This document shows, one piece after another, positions 12,775 through 24,682 of a stretch of DNA of 64,000 nt. The stretch spans positions 496,001-560,000 of the forward strand of contig CBFDEM010000033.1 in assembly GCA_965603825.1 (NCBI GenBank), in the 5' to 3' direction. The stretch is from Blepharisma stoltei ATCC 30299. Taxonomy: Eukaryota; Protista; Ciliophora. Position 1 is the stretch's first letter. Every line of letters starts with the position of its first letter. Made by a program: the position numbers and the translations under genes. Below the pieces are notes generated by a model. The model saw nothing but the letters and a program-made list of their open reading frames with translations, searched no databases and was not told the origin of the DNA.

Positions 12775-13485
12775 TTACATACTTCGAGGTCATTGCTTTT
12801 CTCTTTCACAGAGAGGAATATAGGACACTGCCAAAGCTTGTCTAATTCTAACTTTCCCATTCTTTTCTTTGTCAATTATATTTATCTGTTGGGTAGACCC
12901 TGGAAGGCCGACTGGAATCACCATTCTTCCATCTACGTCAAGCTGATCTAAAAGCGCTTGTGGGATCCCATCACTTGCAGCTCCGACATGGATTGCTTTA
13001 TAAGGAGCATATAATGGATATCCATTACGGCCATCAGCAGTATACATTTCTATTGCGCCACTACTCAATACTTCGGAATGGGATCTGCGAATATTTTGTA
13101 TAGAGTCCTCTACAATTTTATCAATGTGGTCAACACCAATTACTTTACCAGTAAAGCCCATCATTGCAGACATGCAAAGGGTTAAATATCCTGACCCGCT
13201 TCCAATATCTAATACATGAGAATAAGGAGTTAAATAGTCTTTTAGCCATTCAAGTGCATATGCGTGCATATGAGGGGCTGATATAGTTGCGCAGTATCCT
13301 ATTGAATGCGGAGAATCGAAATAAATACTTTCGTCAGCTTTCTTGATGAATAAGCCTCTATCAATAGAGCGCATAGTTTCAGTGACTTGGCTTGATTTAA
13401 TCACTCCATCATCTATCAATTTTTGGACCAAACGATTGTTTCTTGGGTCGATTTGGCTTCTCATTCTTTTGATTATTATGTTCAT
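12775..13485 (-). CDS. PCMT1: Protein-L-isoaspartate O-methyltransferase
   Basis: ATISAPHMHA, VLDIGSGSGYL, APYKAIHVGAA, GRMVIPVG. C-terminus 'EKQ-W(TGA 12790-12792)-PRSM' then TAA 12775-12777. The start may instead be the second Met (13464). Confidence 0.92.
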
Positions 13486-13618
13486 TTTGTTTTCATTGAA
13501 TAAGCAGAATATTTATTTACTGAAAATAATTAGTATTTATTATAAAATTACTTTTATTGCTCATAAAGAAAAGATATAATCGGTTTTTGATTATATATTC
13601 TATGGATAATATTTCTCA

Positions 13619-16600
13619 TTAATTTAAAATTAATGCGTCATCTCCAAGTATCTTTACAACTTTTAATTTTTTCACAACTTTTTCAAGCTCTTCTTGCAAG
13701 TTTTCTTCGTTCCATACAGATTTTCCTATTTTACACTCTAAAATCTGTTTACTGCCAGGATCAAAAGCAGTGAGAGTAATCCCATCATGCCGCTTTATAC
13801 CAGAAACTAAAAAGCTTCTATCAGAAATCATCTGCCGTTTTTTGTATATCACTTCTCCTTGGCCTAAAACAAGCATTTCTTCTCCTGTGCTTTTATCAAT
13901 ATATAGCCGCGCTATTATATCTCGACAAATCCTTTCGATAACTTCTTCAGGAGTATTAGAAGGAATCGAGGTTTCTAGCTGCAAGGATAATTTTTTATTT
14001 TTCGCGTCCACAGTTTCAACTATAATTCCATCAGAGCTCCCGTATAATGATATAGACAATTGACGTTTATTGATTGAAGAAACTGTTTGAAATAGAAGCT
14101 TTGGAGGTTCTGATAAATAAAAAGTATTGGTTACACTAGAATTTATGTTGCGGCTTGATGATAAACTTTGATTTACAGAGCTTCCACTTCGACTGTATTT
14201 CATTTCTTCTCTTGAATTCTTTTTATCATCTTTTTGTCTTGGATTTTGTCCTTTCCGCTTTATCACATCACCCGAAGTTTCTAGTTTCGCCATTTCTGTA
14301 GCTTTTTGGTTAAAATATGAAATAGCTTGCGACAAATTTTTTGGGTTTTTTGAAATATTAGGCAAATTAAGAGCTTTTTGAGGCTCAGGCTCTGTTTTAA
14401 GGATAGATTGGCTTGAAGTTACAGCTAGATTTGTGTTTGCTGCAGTATTTCTTTTCTCAAAATACAATTTTCGGAGAATTCCTTGGTCATGAATTCCTAT
14501 ATATGGAAAAATTCTGGTCTCTAAAAATTTTTTCCTCGTGGTGTCACCTATGGATTTTAATATTTCTGCATCCAAATACATCGCAACCGTTTCTTTTCCA
14601 CATTCAGCCTCGATTTTTATTCTTTTATTCTGTGCATAAGCATAGATCATATAAACTTTTCCATGGATATTTTTTTTATGCATAGCAATCAACCCTCCAT
14701 CGGCACTTTTTACAATTTTCCCTATCAGTTTTCTAATCCTTCAGCCTCTATAAGCTCTCTGTATTTTTGTTGCCATTAAATTTATATCCATTTTTGGAAC
14801 ATCCATGTTCAAATTGATACTATATTCGCCCACTTGTAAACAATTGTCAAGCAGATATTTGCATAAAGGAACCAGCCATTGTGTTGGTATTCCAACTTTA
14901 TCAGAAGCTGTTTTTATATCGACTGAAAGCTGTTTTCTTGATAGCGCATCTGATACAGGTGCTACATCAAAAATGATCATTTCAGACTCTTTATTAGCTT
15001 TTTGATTATAGCGCTTATCTAAGCCAATATTCACTATACATTTTTTAAAGTTTAAAATCCTTTCTTGTGACATTATCAATTTTTCATCAGAAATACTGCA
15101 AAATGAGGAAGAGGATTCATCGATTCGGCTTGTGCCTCCTCGATTTCTTTGCACTTTGGAGTAAGCGCCACCTCCAAAATATTTAGGCTTGATTAAAACT
15201 AATTTTTTGTTCTGTATTTCAATTTCTCTGAAAATATTTTCTGTATCGATATCTCCATATATATTTTTAAGGTCTTCTAATGAGTATTTTTTTGTATATA
15301 TTCATTGGTTGTTTGCAGGTTTATTTGTAGAATAGACCTGGACTATATATTCAGTTGCGGTTTGAAAAATACTTACCATGTAATCTTCTCCGCCAATAGT
15401 TTTTTTCTTGTTGATTATCAATTTTTGGGTTGCTTCATTTCGTTTTCGTATCAATAATCTTTTAGCTAGGACAATTCTCATTCATTTTTGAAGCCTTAAG
15501 GTGGCAGTTTCTAACGATAAACCTTCGTCAACCGCATTTTCAAAATAAGAATAATCTCTATTTTGGACATTAATGTTCTCATGCCTTTTATAGTTGCGTA
15601 AAAACGCTAGTTTTCCATTAGAAATCGCTAATGAGTCAATTATCATTTTAATATTATTCCATTTCGAAAACCCAAAAATATAATTAGGTGGATCAATTAT
15701 TTTTTCTAATAAATTGCCTTGGTCCATATCTCTTACTTCTACTAGAATACCTTTTTTTGTGGAATATACAGTAACCATATATGCAATGCCATTAATAAAT
15801 CTTACACCTCGGCCTAAAATTTTGTTATGATTTTCCCTGTAGTTTTTCATAGAGAGCAGTTTTCTCAGTTCCCTTGCATTTTTAGACCTAATAAATTTCT
15901 GGATTGTTATGGCTGCTTTTTCTTCCATAGAAATCAATTTTTTGGGAAGAATAGAATGGCTTTCAATTTTTTGATTTATCTTTTTTACTGAAGGAATAGC
16001 CAGAGTATTTACAGTTGGGCAAGGGATTGTATCGGTTGGTGGAATTTCTGGTAATTTTGGACTCTCAATTTTACTTGACTTGCTACTAGATGTTGATGCG
16101 TTTATATAATGCCTTATAGAAGGCAGACTTATTAAGATAGCTGGGGGGAGTCTTGAAGCTTTTTTCTTATATATATGAAGCTCTGAGTTCTCAAGTGATA
16201 ATAAATCTGCCAGCTTATCCAAGTTTTTATAGATATCTTTAACATTAACTTCTAGGGTTTCTGCGATTTCTTCTTTGGAAACTGACAAATATATGTGAAT
16301 AGGAATGACTTCTTGAAGAGTTGCAGCCTCAATCAGAATTTTTTCTTTTATTTCATCAATTTCAATTTCATAGAAGGTTACTTGATAATTAAAATTTGTA
16401 TTTAATTTTTTTTCTCCTGTAAATAGGAGTTCTTTGTTCACTGGTTCAGAAACAGGCTGTTTTGCTATTATCACTTTTCCTTGTTTTATATCAACATGTT
16501 TAATTATCTCTTCTTTATGGTCATACACCTCAGAGTTCTCTCATAGCTCAAGAATTTCGCAAATTTCTCTTAATTTCATCATAGCCATTGCTGGCTTAGG

Positions 16601-19498
16601 CAGTTTTTTGGTAGGAAATGCTTCAACTCTTATATATTCATTTCCGTTCATAGCTTCTTTATATAAGCTTATTAAATATATGCATTTAAAAAATATTTTT
16701 TGACTTCTAATCAATAGATCATCTGTAAGCAGCTCTATTTGAGGCCTAGTAAATTTTCTTTCTTTTTCTGATTCTTGCTGGTTTTCATCTTCATTTTGGG
16801 TTCCAAACTGGAGTTTAGGAAAATTCTGGCCATTATTTTCTTCATTTTCTTCTGAAAACCCAAATTTCTGAAATTTTAAATCTTTTATTTGTTGTGATTT
16901 TAGGAAATCAGCAATAAATGAACTTTGCTGAGGATTTGAGGCATCAGCTTTGGGTTTAGATGGTGATTTCTTTTTCCTGAATAATCTTTGAATTTTCACT
17001 ATTTTTGATTCATCAAAATCCTTAAGATTTGGTAGCTCATTATTAATTTCTATTTTTGGATTTAAAATTATTCTTTCATTTTGAATATCAATTCTTTCTA
17101 AAACTTCGGTATTTAGATATTTAATCAAATCTTCTTCATTAAGATGAGTTATATCTTCTTCAAAAACTGAACAAATTTCTTTGTTTTTACCGAGCTCATG
17201 AGCTTTAATCATTAATTTCGAGTTATTTTCATTTAAGTAAAATTGAAATAAATACCCAGCATCTTGGATTCTTTTCATTATTCTTGTTACCATTGTTCAT
17301 CTTATATTATCAGAGTTATTAGCTTCTTTTTCAGGCAAATAAAGGGCATGATAACCATCTATATCAAGTCTGTCTGCAAGCTCTCGAGGAGAAATTGTCA
17401 TGTTTTTTGGGACTGTATATATAAGCTCATTAGTAAGCTTTCCAACCTCAGAAGCTTTGGCAGAAATTAAATTTTGATTTTGAAAAATAATGATGCTGTA
17501 AAATTTATTTTGTATTTTTCTGCAGGTTCTCAGAAGGATTTTTTGTTTCTGATATTTTTTACTGATAATCAAGAAATCCTGTGCTATATGTCTTCTAAAG
17601 TGCTTTTGAATTAAAATTGCTGCTTTTTTCATTTTTTCTAAGTCTTCTTTAGTCAAAACTGATTTATTTTGGTGCTTAAAAATTTTAGGCTGCAATTTGA
17701 ACTTTTTTGTTTCTTGTCTATTAAAGACTTCAATTTTTTGGATTTCCGTGGCACTGCTTATAGAATGATTTGACCTTATTGGCTCTGCACTTATTGGCTC
17801 TTGAGTTTTTATTTCTAATGAATCTGATCTTGAGCTGCTTAAATCAGGAATTTTCAACTGCGCTCTTGGTACCGATTTTGCCTGAAAAGTGAAGTATGGA
17901 GCCTTTTCACTTTTAGAAGAATTTAGCTTAGTATCTGAATTGTCCAATCTTAAGCTTTCTAATAAATTCTTTGATTTTCCAAGCTCATTTAAGTTTTCTC
18001 TATTTTTATTGGCATTTGATGTTTTTTGCTCTATATAAGAATCCTTATTCTGGCTTATTGATAGCACAGGAACTTCCTCATTCAAGACAAACCATTTAGG
18101 GATTTTATATTTAAAAGTTGGTATTTCTTTTGGTTTCTCAGGCTCAAAAATAATTTTTTCTTCTTTCATAAACTCTTCTGACGGTTTTGCAAAAAAATGG
18201 TCAATTTCTTCATAAGTTTCACGCTGTGTAATAACGCCACTTTCAGGTAGCCTAGAACTTGAAGAACTTTGCCCAATTCTAAAAATCGTTCCGGGTTTAG
18301 GTTTTGATGAATTTCCGCTTTCAGAACTATTTTTACTACTCGAATCTCTGCTGATAATATAATGTTTTTCTATTTCACTGCTTTCATAGCTGTTTTTACT
18401 ACTTGACGCTCTGCTTTCTGCCCCAATTTTTCTTCTTCCTCCTCTAACCCTTGCAGTTCCTCTGCTTATTGGGGGTTTTTCAAATAATGCATTTGATCTA
18501 GAAGTTTCGCTTATTTCAGACTGTTCTCACAAATTTTCTACAGAGAAAGGTGAAACATTGGTTGCACGATTTTTCAATGCTAAATCATTGGTAGATGCTG
18601 ATTTTAAATTGCCTCTTGACGATGACGATTTTGCTGCTTTTCTTGGGGGATCTTTTTCTGAGTTTTTGCCATCTGAAACAGCAGGGAATGAGGATTCTCT
18701 GCTATGCTTTGAGCTCTGAAAAGAATGAAGCTTGGACGCTTCTTCAAAAAGCTTCTTAAAGGTACGGAGCATTGAGGAATGCTCTTTGGTACCGTTTTTT
18801 GATAAGAAATCAATAGATTTTTTGTAATTATGAAGTGCTTTACGAATATTTCCTAGATGCTCATTTTCCACCCCAGAGTTGTGATAAGCAACTGCTAGAA
18901 GAGTAATTTGTTGGGATTTTTCACTATTTTTGTGTTCTTTAAAGTCAGTTTTAGCTAAAGTTTTAGCTTTGTTGGAATATAGGAGAGCTTCTTCATGCTC
19001 CCCTTGGCTTGATAAAATTGAGCATTTATTTAAAAGAATAGAAGTTTTGGTTTCTTTAAGTACTTTTGGCATAGAAAATAGAGTCAATGCTTTGTCGACT
19101 ACATCATTTGCAGCATTTGTCCTGTTAGATTTTCTATAAGCTACAGATAGATTATTGAGAAGATCTAATCTTTCATTTGCCAAATTTATTTCAGTATGAG
19201 AAGAAATTATTTTATCCAGAGTTTTCATTGATGAAATTGCGTCGTCATAGTTTTCGTTTTCTATTAGTTTTGTAAATTTTTCTTTAAATTTGCTATAAAA
19301 TATTTTAAAAATATTTAGGATTTCAATTTCTTTTGGGGTATTTGCATCAACTGATTTGTTTAGTCGCTTTGATAAATACTCACATGCCAGCTTTAAGTTT
19401 CCTTGAGAAAGTGCAGAATTGATTGCCCTTTCAAGTTTATCAATACTATTTGGGATTGGGGTTGAATTTGAAGTGCGTTTCACTAGAAAGTTTGCCAT
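13619..19498 (-). CDS. Large TPR + multi-IQ-motif protein, ~1959 aa
   Basis: Six track ORFs share one frame, joined by TGA at 18527, 17297, 16541, 15482, ~15302 and 14741. N-terminal TPRs (LNNLSVAYRK, LAVAYHNSGVENEHLG); IQ motifs IQKHFRRH, IQRLFRK, IQKFIRSK, LQK-W-MR, IQRAYRG-W-RIRK. Confidence 0.82.
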
Positions 19499-19628
19499 TT
19501 AATATTCCATGCGAAAATAAAATATTTACAAAAATCTGCATATATAGCTGTTTATAGCTATTCCATAAAGAAAATATATAAAATTTTTAAATAAGGGATT
19601 TTTAATATAAAATTCCATAATTTAAATT

Positions 19629-20957
19629 ATGAATATTAGAGATGAAATTTCAGAGCGAGATAAACTCATTCAATTTCTCAGAGAAGAATATGTCAGGGCT
19701 GCAGGACATGACATAAATATCCCATTTCAATGGGAAAAAATTGCAGGTCCTCCGATAGCATTAGCTGAAAACATTGAAAGTCTTGTAAAAGAGCAAACAT
19801 TTCTTGACGCGGTTAGAAGCCTTGATCTTCCAAAATTAACAAAAGAAGATAAATTCGGCGGCCCTAAGAAAAAAGCCCTAAATCAAAGCCAAGCCCAACT
19901 CGCATCAAAAGTAAGTCTCTGTGGGTATGCTGGGAAAAACCTTACAAAAGAAAATTTTGGAAATTTTGTTACTGGAGTAAAAAGGTTACCTAATCTCAAC
20001 ATTATTGAGCTCTCAGGAAATGGCTTAAGTGACACTTTTCAAATAGAATTAGAAGAATTGCTTTTGTGTAAAAAAATCAAAAGAATTAATTTATCAAATA
20101 ATGACTTAGGAAGAGCTTTTACCTCGAAATTTGTCGATATTTTAAAAGCAGAAGACTCACATTATGAATGGATTGAGTAAGTTTTATATAGTGTTTCCTC
20201 TAACCCTTTATCAGCAGACAGCACAGCAATTATAAACTTTTCTCAAGCTCTACGAAAGCATCCGAATTTATATCATTTTTCTATCAGTGTTGAAGGGAAT
20301 TCTTCAGAATATATAGCAAGAGCTGTGGTTGCAAATAAAATAATTACATCTGTGGCACTGCCTCACTCAAAACTAACTGAAAACTGTATTGAGACATTAT
20401 GTACGGGCTTGAGTTCGAAGCGGCAAGTTTCAAATATTTCTGCGCTGAATTTTTCCCATTGCTTTTTAGGGGCAAGACAAATGCTTTTGCTTGCTGATAT
20501 GCTGAAGCATAATAGGACACTTGTTAAGCTAGATTTAAGCTATAACGGACTCATTTCTAACGTAGCTCGATATTTAGCTGACAGTTTGAGGTTCAACTCG
20601 TCCCTGCATATTTTGTATCTGCAATATAATGACCTTGACGATATTTTCTGTGAAAATTTGGCGGAATCGTTGAAAAGAAACTCCACATTATTTGAGTGCG
20701 ACCTATCAGGAAACCCGTTCACTGAAAGAGGTGCAAACAGATTGATAGAAATAATGGGGTCTTATAATCATACTATTTCTACATTTGGATTGCTAGATAC
20801 TAATGAGCATTTAGGAGTAAACGTCAGAGAGCAGCTGAAAAACAACACAGGGTTTAATAGGGGAAATTATGTCTTATTGAAGCCAATTGAAGAGACAAAT
20901 CCTTATGGGTATATTGAAGAACTGCCATGGAATTTAAATGATGCTGCTCATTTTTAA
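19629..20957 (+). CDS. RNI-like leucine-rich repeat protein, 437 aa, one 15-nt intron
   Basis: LxxLxLxxNxL repeats (LVKLDLSYNGL, LHILYLQYNDL, CDLSGNPF); splicing 20177-20191 gives WIDVSSNPL. Confidence 0.83.
20177..20191 (+). other. 15-nt spliceosomal intron
   Basis: GTAAGTTTTATATAG; contains an in-frame TAA; A at position 10. Confidence 0.9.
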
Positions 20958-21122
20958 AGTAAATATAAGGGGAAAATGATTAATTTAGAGAGTAAATAAT
21001 TAATAAGAACTCCAGCGATTAAATTGAAAATAGCATAAATTCACATTGAATAAAATCTACTATCAGAATAAATTAATATTTATTCTTATTATTTCTACTT
21101 AGCGACATAATTAGCATTGTAA

Positions 21123-24100
21123 ATGTGGGGTTTTCTTCTACTTCTAACCTTTTGCTCAGCTTTTGAAATCTTTATAGTCCCACATTCACATTGCGATCCA
21201 GGATGGATCGAAACTGTAAAGTGGTATTATGATAGACAAGCTCGAAACATCCTTAATAACATTGTCAGTATCTTGCAAAAGGATTCAAGAAGGAAGATTG
21301 TGTGGTCAGAGACTTCTTTCTTGAAGATGTGGATGGACGAACAATCAGATGAAAAAATAAACCTCTTTAAAAGCTTCGTCAAAAATGGGCAAATTGAATT
21401 TGTCGGAGGTGGCTATGTGCAGAATGATGAAGCTAACCCAGATTTTGAGATGGTTATAAGGCAGCTAGAAACTGGCCATCAATACCTTAACAAAGAATTT
21501 GGGATCACAAAGGTAAGGGTTGGATGGCAAATTGACCCATTTGGCCACTCTGCCTTGACACCTAGCTTATGGTCAAAATTCGGATATGAATTTTTGGTGA
21601 CAAACAGAATCAATGTAGGGCTAAGAGATGAGCTGAGGAGAGACGGAAACATTGAGTTTCTATGGGAAGGAGTGAATTTCGGGCACAATGAATCGATTTT
21701 TACTCACAATTTGTATGACCATTATGATCCACCTCAGGTGCTTCACCCCTATAAAAACCATTGCTTTGGCTATGGGCCTATCAGTGACAATATCCTTAAC
21801 AGATGGTAAATTTTATTTAGCTTGAACATTATTTATAACCTATTCAATGAAAGGAAGTCAGCTTATAAGCATGATAAGCTGATGCTTTTATATGGTGACG
21901 ATTTTTACTATATGAACTCAGATGAAGGAGAAAAATTATATAAAAGAATTGAAGCATTAAGAGACTATGCTGAAAAATCAAATGAGTACCCAAACATGAA
22001 GATCAAAATAGCAACAGCCAGTGAGTATTTTGACGCAGTTAAAAATAGCAAGCCTAAGCTTTCAGTTTACAAAGGAGATCTGTTGCCTTATGTTAATTTC
22101 AGAGCTGGGTGGGAACCAGCTCATTGGACTGGGTATTACACTACTCGACCTCACTTAAAGCAAACTATTTATTACACCCACAAATTAGTAAGAGCTACTG
22201 AAATTGTTCTTGCCCTAAGCAAAGGAAAATCATTTTTTGCTTCAGAGTCTAGTCTTGCACTGCATCATGATGCTATTACTGGTACTTGCAGACCTCAAGT
22301 TGTAGAAGACTACACAAACAGACTTATAGATGAGCAGAAAAGTGCAAGAAAAGCAATAAATGACGCTATTAAAAACAAATTCCCTAAAGCAGAAGCTAAA
22401 TTTGCATTAGCTTTGCCTTATAGAGTATTAATTGTTTACAACCCTCTCAACTGGGAAGCCACATGCCTACTTCATTTAGAAGTAAGCAATGACATTTTTA
22501 TCCAAATAAAAAATTGGCGAGGAGAATACGTCCTATTGCAATCAGTCAGCAACCTGCTTGATGATAAAAAGACAGTCTATATGAAACTATCATTACCAGC
22601 ACTATCATTTGTTACCTTATTTGCTATTGAAAAAACTGAATACTCTGAATATTGTGACGAAAAATCAGAAGAATCAGAAACAGACCGATCAATCAAAGAC
22701 AAACATTTCTCAATTAATTTTAATGATTTCGGGCTCGTCCAAGAAATAACGAAACCTAGCTTGAATTATAACTTAAAACAAGAATTTTGGACTTATTCAG
22801 GAAACAGAGGTGGGGCATATATTTTTCACCCTCCAAGCAATGGAAATGAAATAACTGATATGAGCTTGGACAAAATTCTAGTATCGAAAGGGTCTATACT
22901 TGAAACAGTAGAAGTGGTATGGAGAAGACAGAGAAGATCTTTTGACATTGATTATTATTACCAAAAAATAATTTTGTATGGCCAATCACGATTTATCTGG
23001 AAATACGGATTATATGCAACTAATAATGAAGAAATTTTGGTGAGATTTTCAAGCAATAATATTAATGGTGAAAAATGGCTGCTTACTTCGAATTCAGGAG
23101 ATTTGAGGGAGAGAAAGTACTATCAAGAAAGTGCTAGCAAAAAAGGCTCAAATATGTATCCTGCACCAGGCGGTTTTGCTGTAAAACTTGATGATGAGTA
23201 TTTGCAAGTTTTTCCGAAATTTTCTATTGGAGTTGCAATGGTCAATGAAGGGTCCTTTGAGCTTCTTCTTCATAGAAACCTAGGCCAAGATGACAATTTT
23301 GGGCTCTCCACAGGGGTAGATGACAAGAAATTCGTCCACTACCACTTTGAAATAGAATTAAACAAATTATCACAAAAAAGCTATTGGAAATCTTATCTTG
23401 AAGCCAAAACGGATATTTATACATTCACACTGTCTAATTTAGCTGATTTTTCTATATCTGATAAGCCTTGGCTTGAAGGAGAACTCATAGAAAAAGACTG
23501 GAAAAGGGAGACCGTATACTCTTTAGGATTTAGTAGTAACGACCTTTATTTGTCAAGTCTTGTTGCTAAAAATAGCCAATTAGTAATGAGAGTTCTAAAC
23601 TTAAAAGATACAAGCCAAAAACTATCAGTAAATGGTTTTGAATTTTTGAATAAAAAATTATTTGATGGATTTTTAGATGCAGATACTGTACAAAGCAGAT
23701 GGGACAAAGGAGATGAATTTGTTTTCAGCCAAAAACCTGATTCCAGCTATCCGAAGTTTGCAGCAAAGGGAGATCGAGAGGAGAATGAAGGACAGGATTT
23801 GCTGAAACCGTTTGAATTGGCAACTTTTGAAGTAAAAGTTGTGCCTGCTAAGGTGGAAGAATCGATAGTTGAGGAGAAAAATGAAGCAATTGAGGAAAAA
23901 ACTAAAGAAATTCAAGAAACAGTAGAGAATGAAGCAGAGAGAAATGAAGAACAAGTTGCTGAAAACGAAATAAAAGCTGAAACTCAAGAAACCAATGAAG
24001 AAACTACTGAAAAGAAAGACATTACTGAGCAAGAACCAAGAGAGCAAGAACCTATCGAGCAAGAGACAACCAATCCTAAAGAAGAAACCAAAGAAAACGA

Positions 24101-24572
24101 AGAAGAAAAGCCTGCAATAGAACAAGAAAGTTCTCAAGCAGATGCAGACCCTATAGTACCAATAATTGAAAATAAAGGAATTGCCGAAGCTGAGCAAGAA
24201 AGTGACTCTGAAGCTGTCTTTATCCCTCAAGAAAACCAAGAAACCCCTGAAGAAGAAAGCAAGCAAGAGTACTCAAAATCTCATGATGGAGAAGCAGAAA
24301 CAATAGAGGCCACTGAAAACGAAGAAAAGCAAGAAGAAGCTAAGAAAGAAAAAATAGACAGAATTCCTATAAAAGATATTAGAAACCCTAGCATCGATAT
24401 AGTCAAAAATGTATATGGGACTGCTCCAGTGATTATCGAAAACCCTGAGTCAGCCCAAACAGGTGTTACTGCTCTACAAAGGCTGGAATATGCAGTTGTA
24501 ATCTGCTTGTCAGGGATTTCAGTCATGAGCATCATTCTCTACTTCAGGTCGAAGAAAAAGCGAAAAGAGTAA
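21123..24572 (+). CDS. GH38 alpha-mannosidase, type I membrane, with Glu-rich stalk, 1144 aa (paralog 1)
   Basis: Signal peptide; VPHSHCDPGW, GWQIDPFGHS (nucleophile Asp), LHHDAITGT; C-terminal TM plus basic tail; intron 21806-21820. Confidence 0.93.
21806..21820 (+). other. 15-nt spliceosomal intron
   Basis: GTAAATTTTATTTAG; in-frame TAA; same position and phase as the intron in paralog 2. Confidence 0.93.
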
Positions 24573-24682
24573 CAGGAGTAGTTAAATAAATCCAAACATA
24601 ATAAAAGACTTAAAATTAGACAAATTACTTGAAATAAAGCTAAAATAAATGTGCTCTGTTTATTCTATCATAAAATATATTA

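Noticed and set aside
23673-24266. 197-aa Phe-rich antisense ORF (likewise 42585-43292, 44627-45145, 45004-45324, 35121-35624)
   Set aside because: Shadow frames of Glu/Lys-rich coding sequence on the opposite strand.
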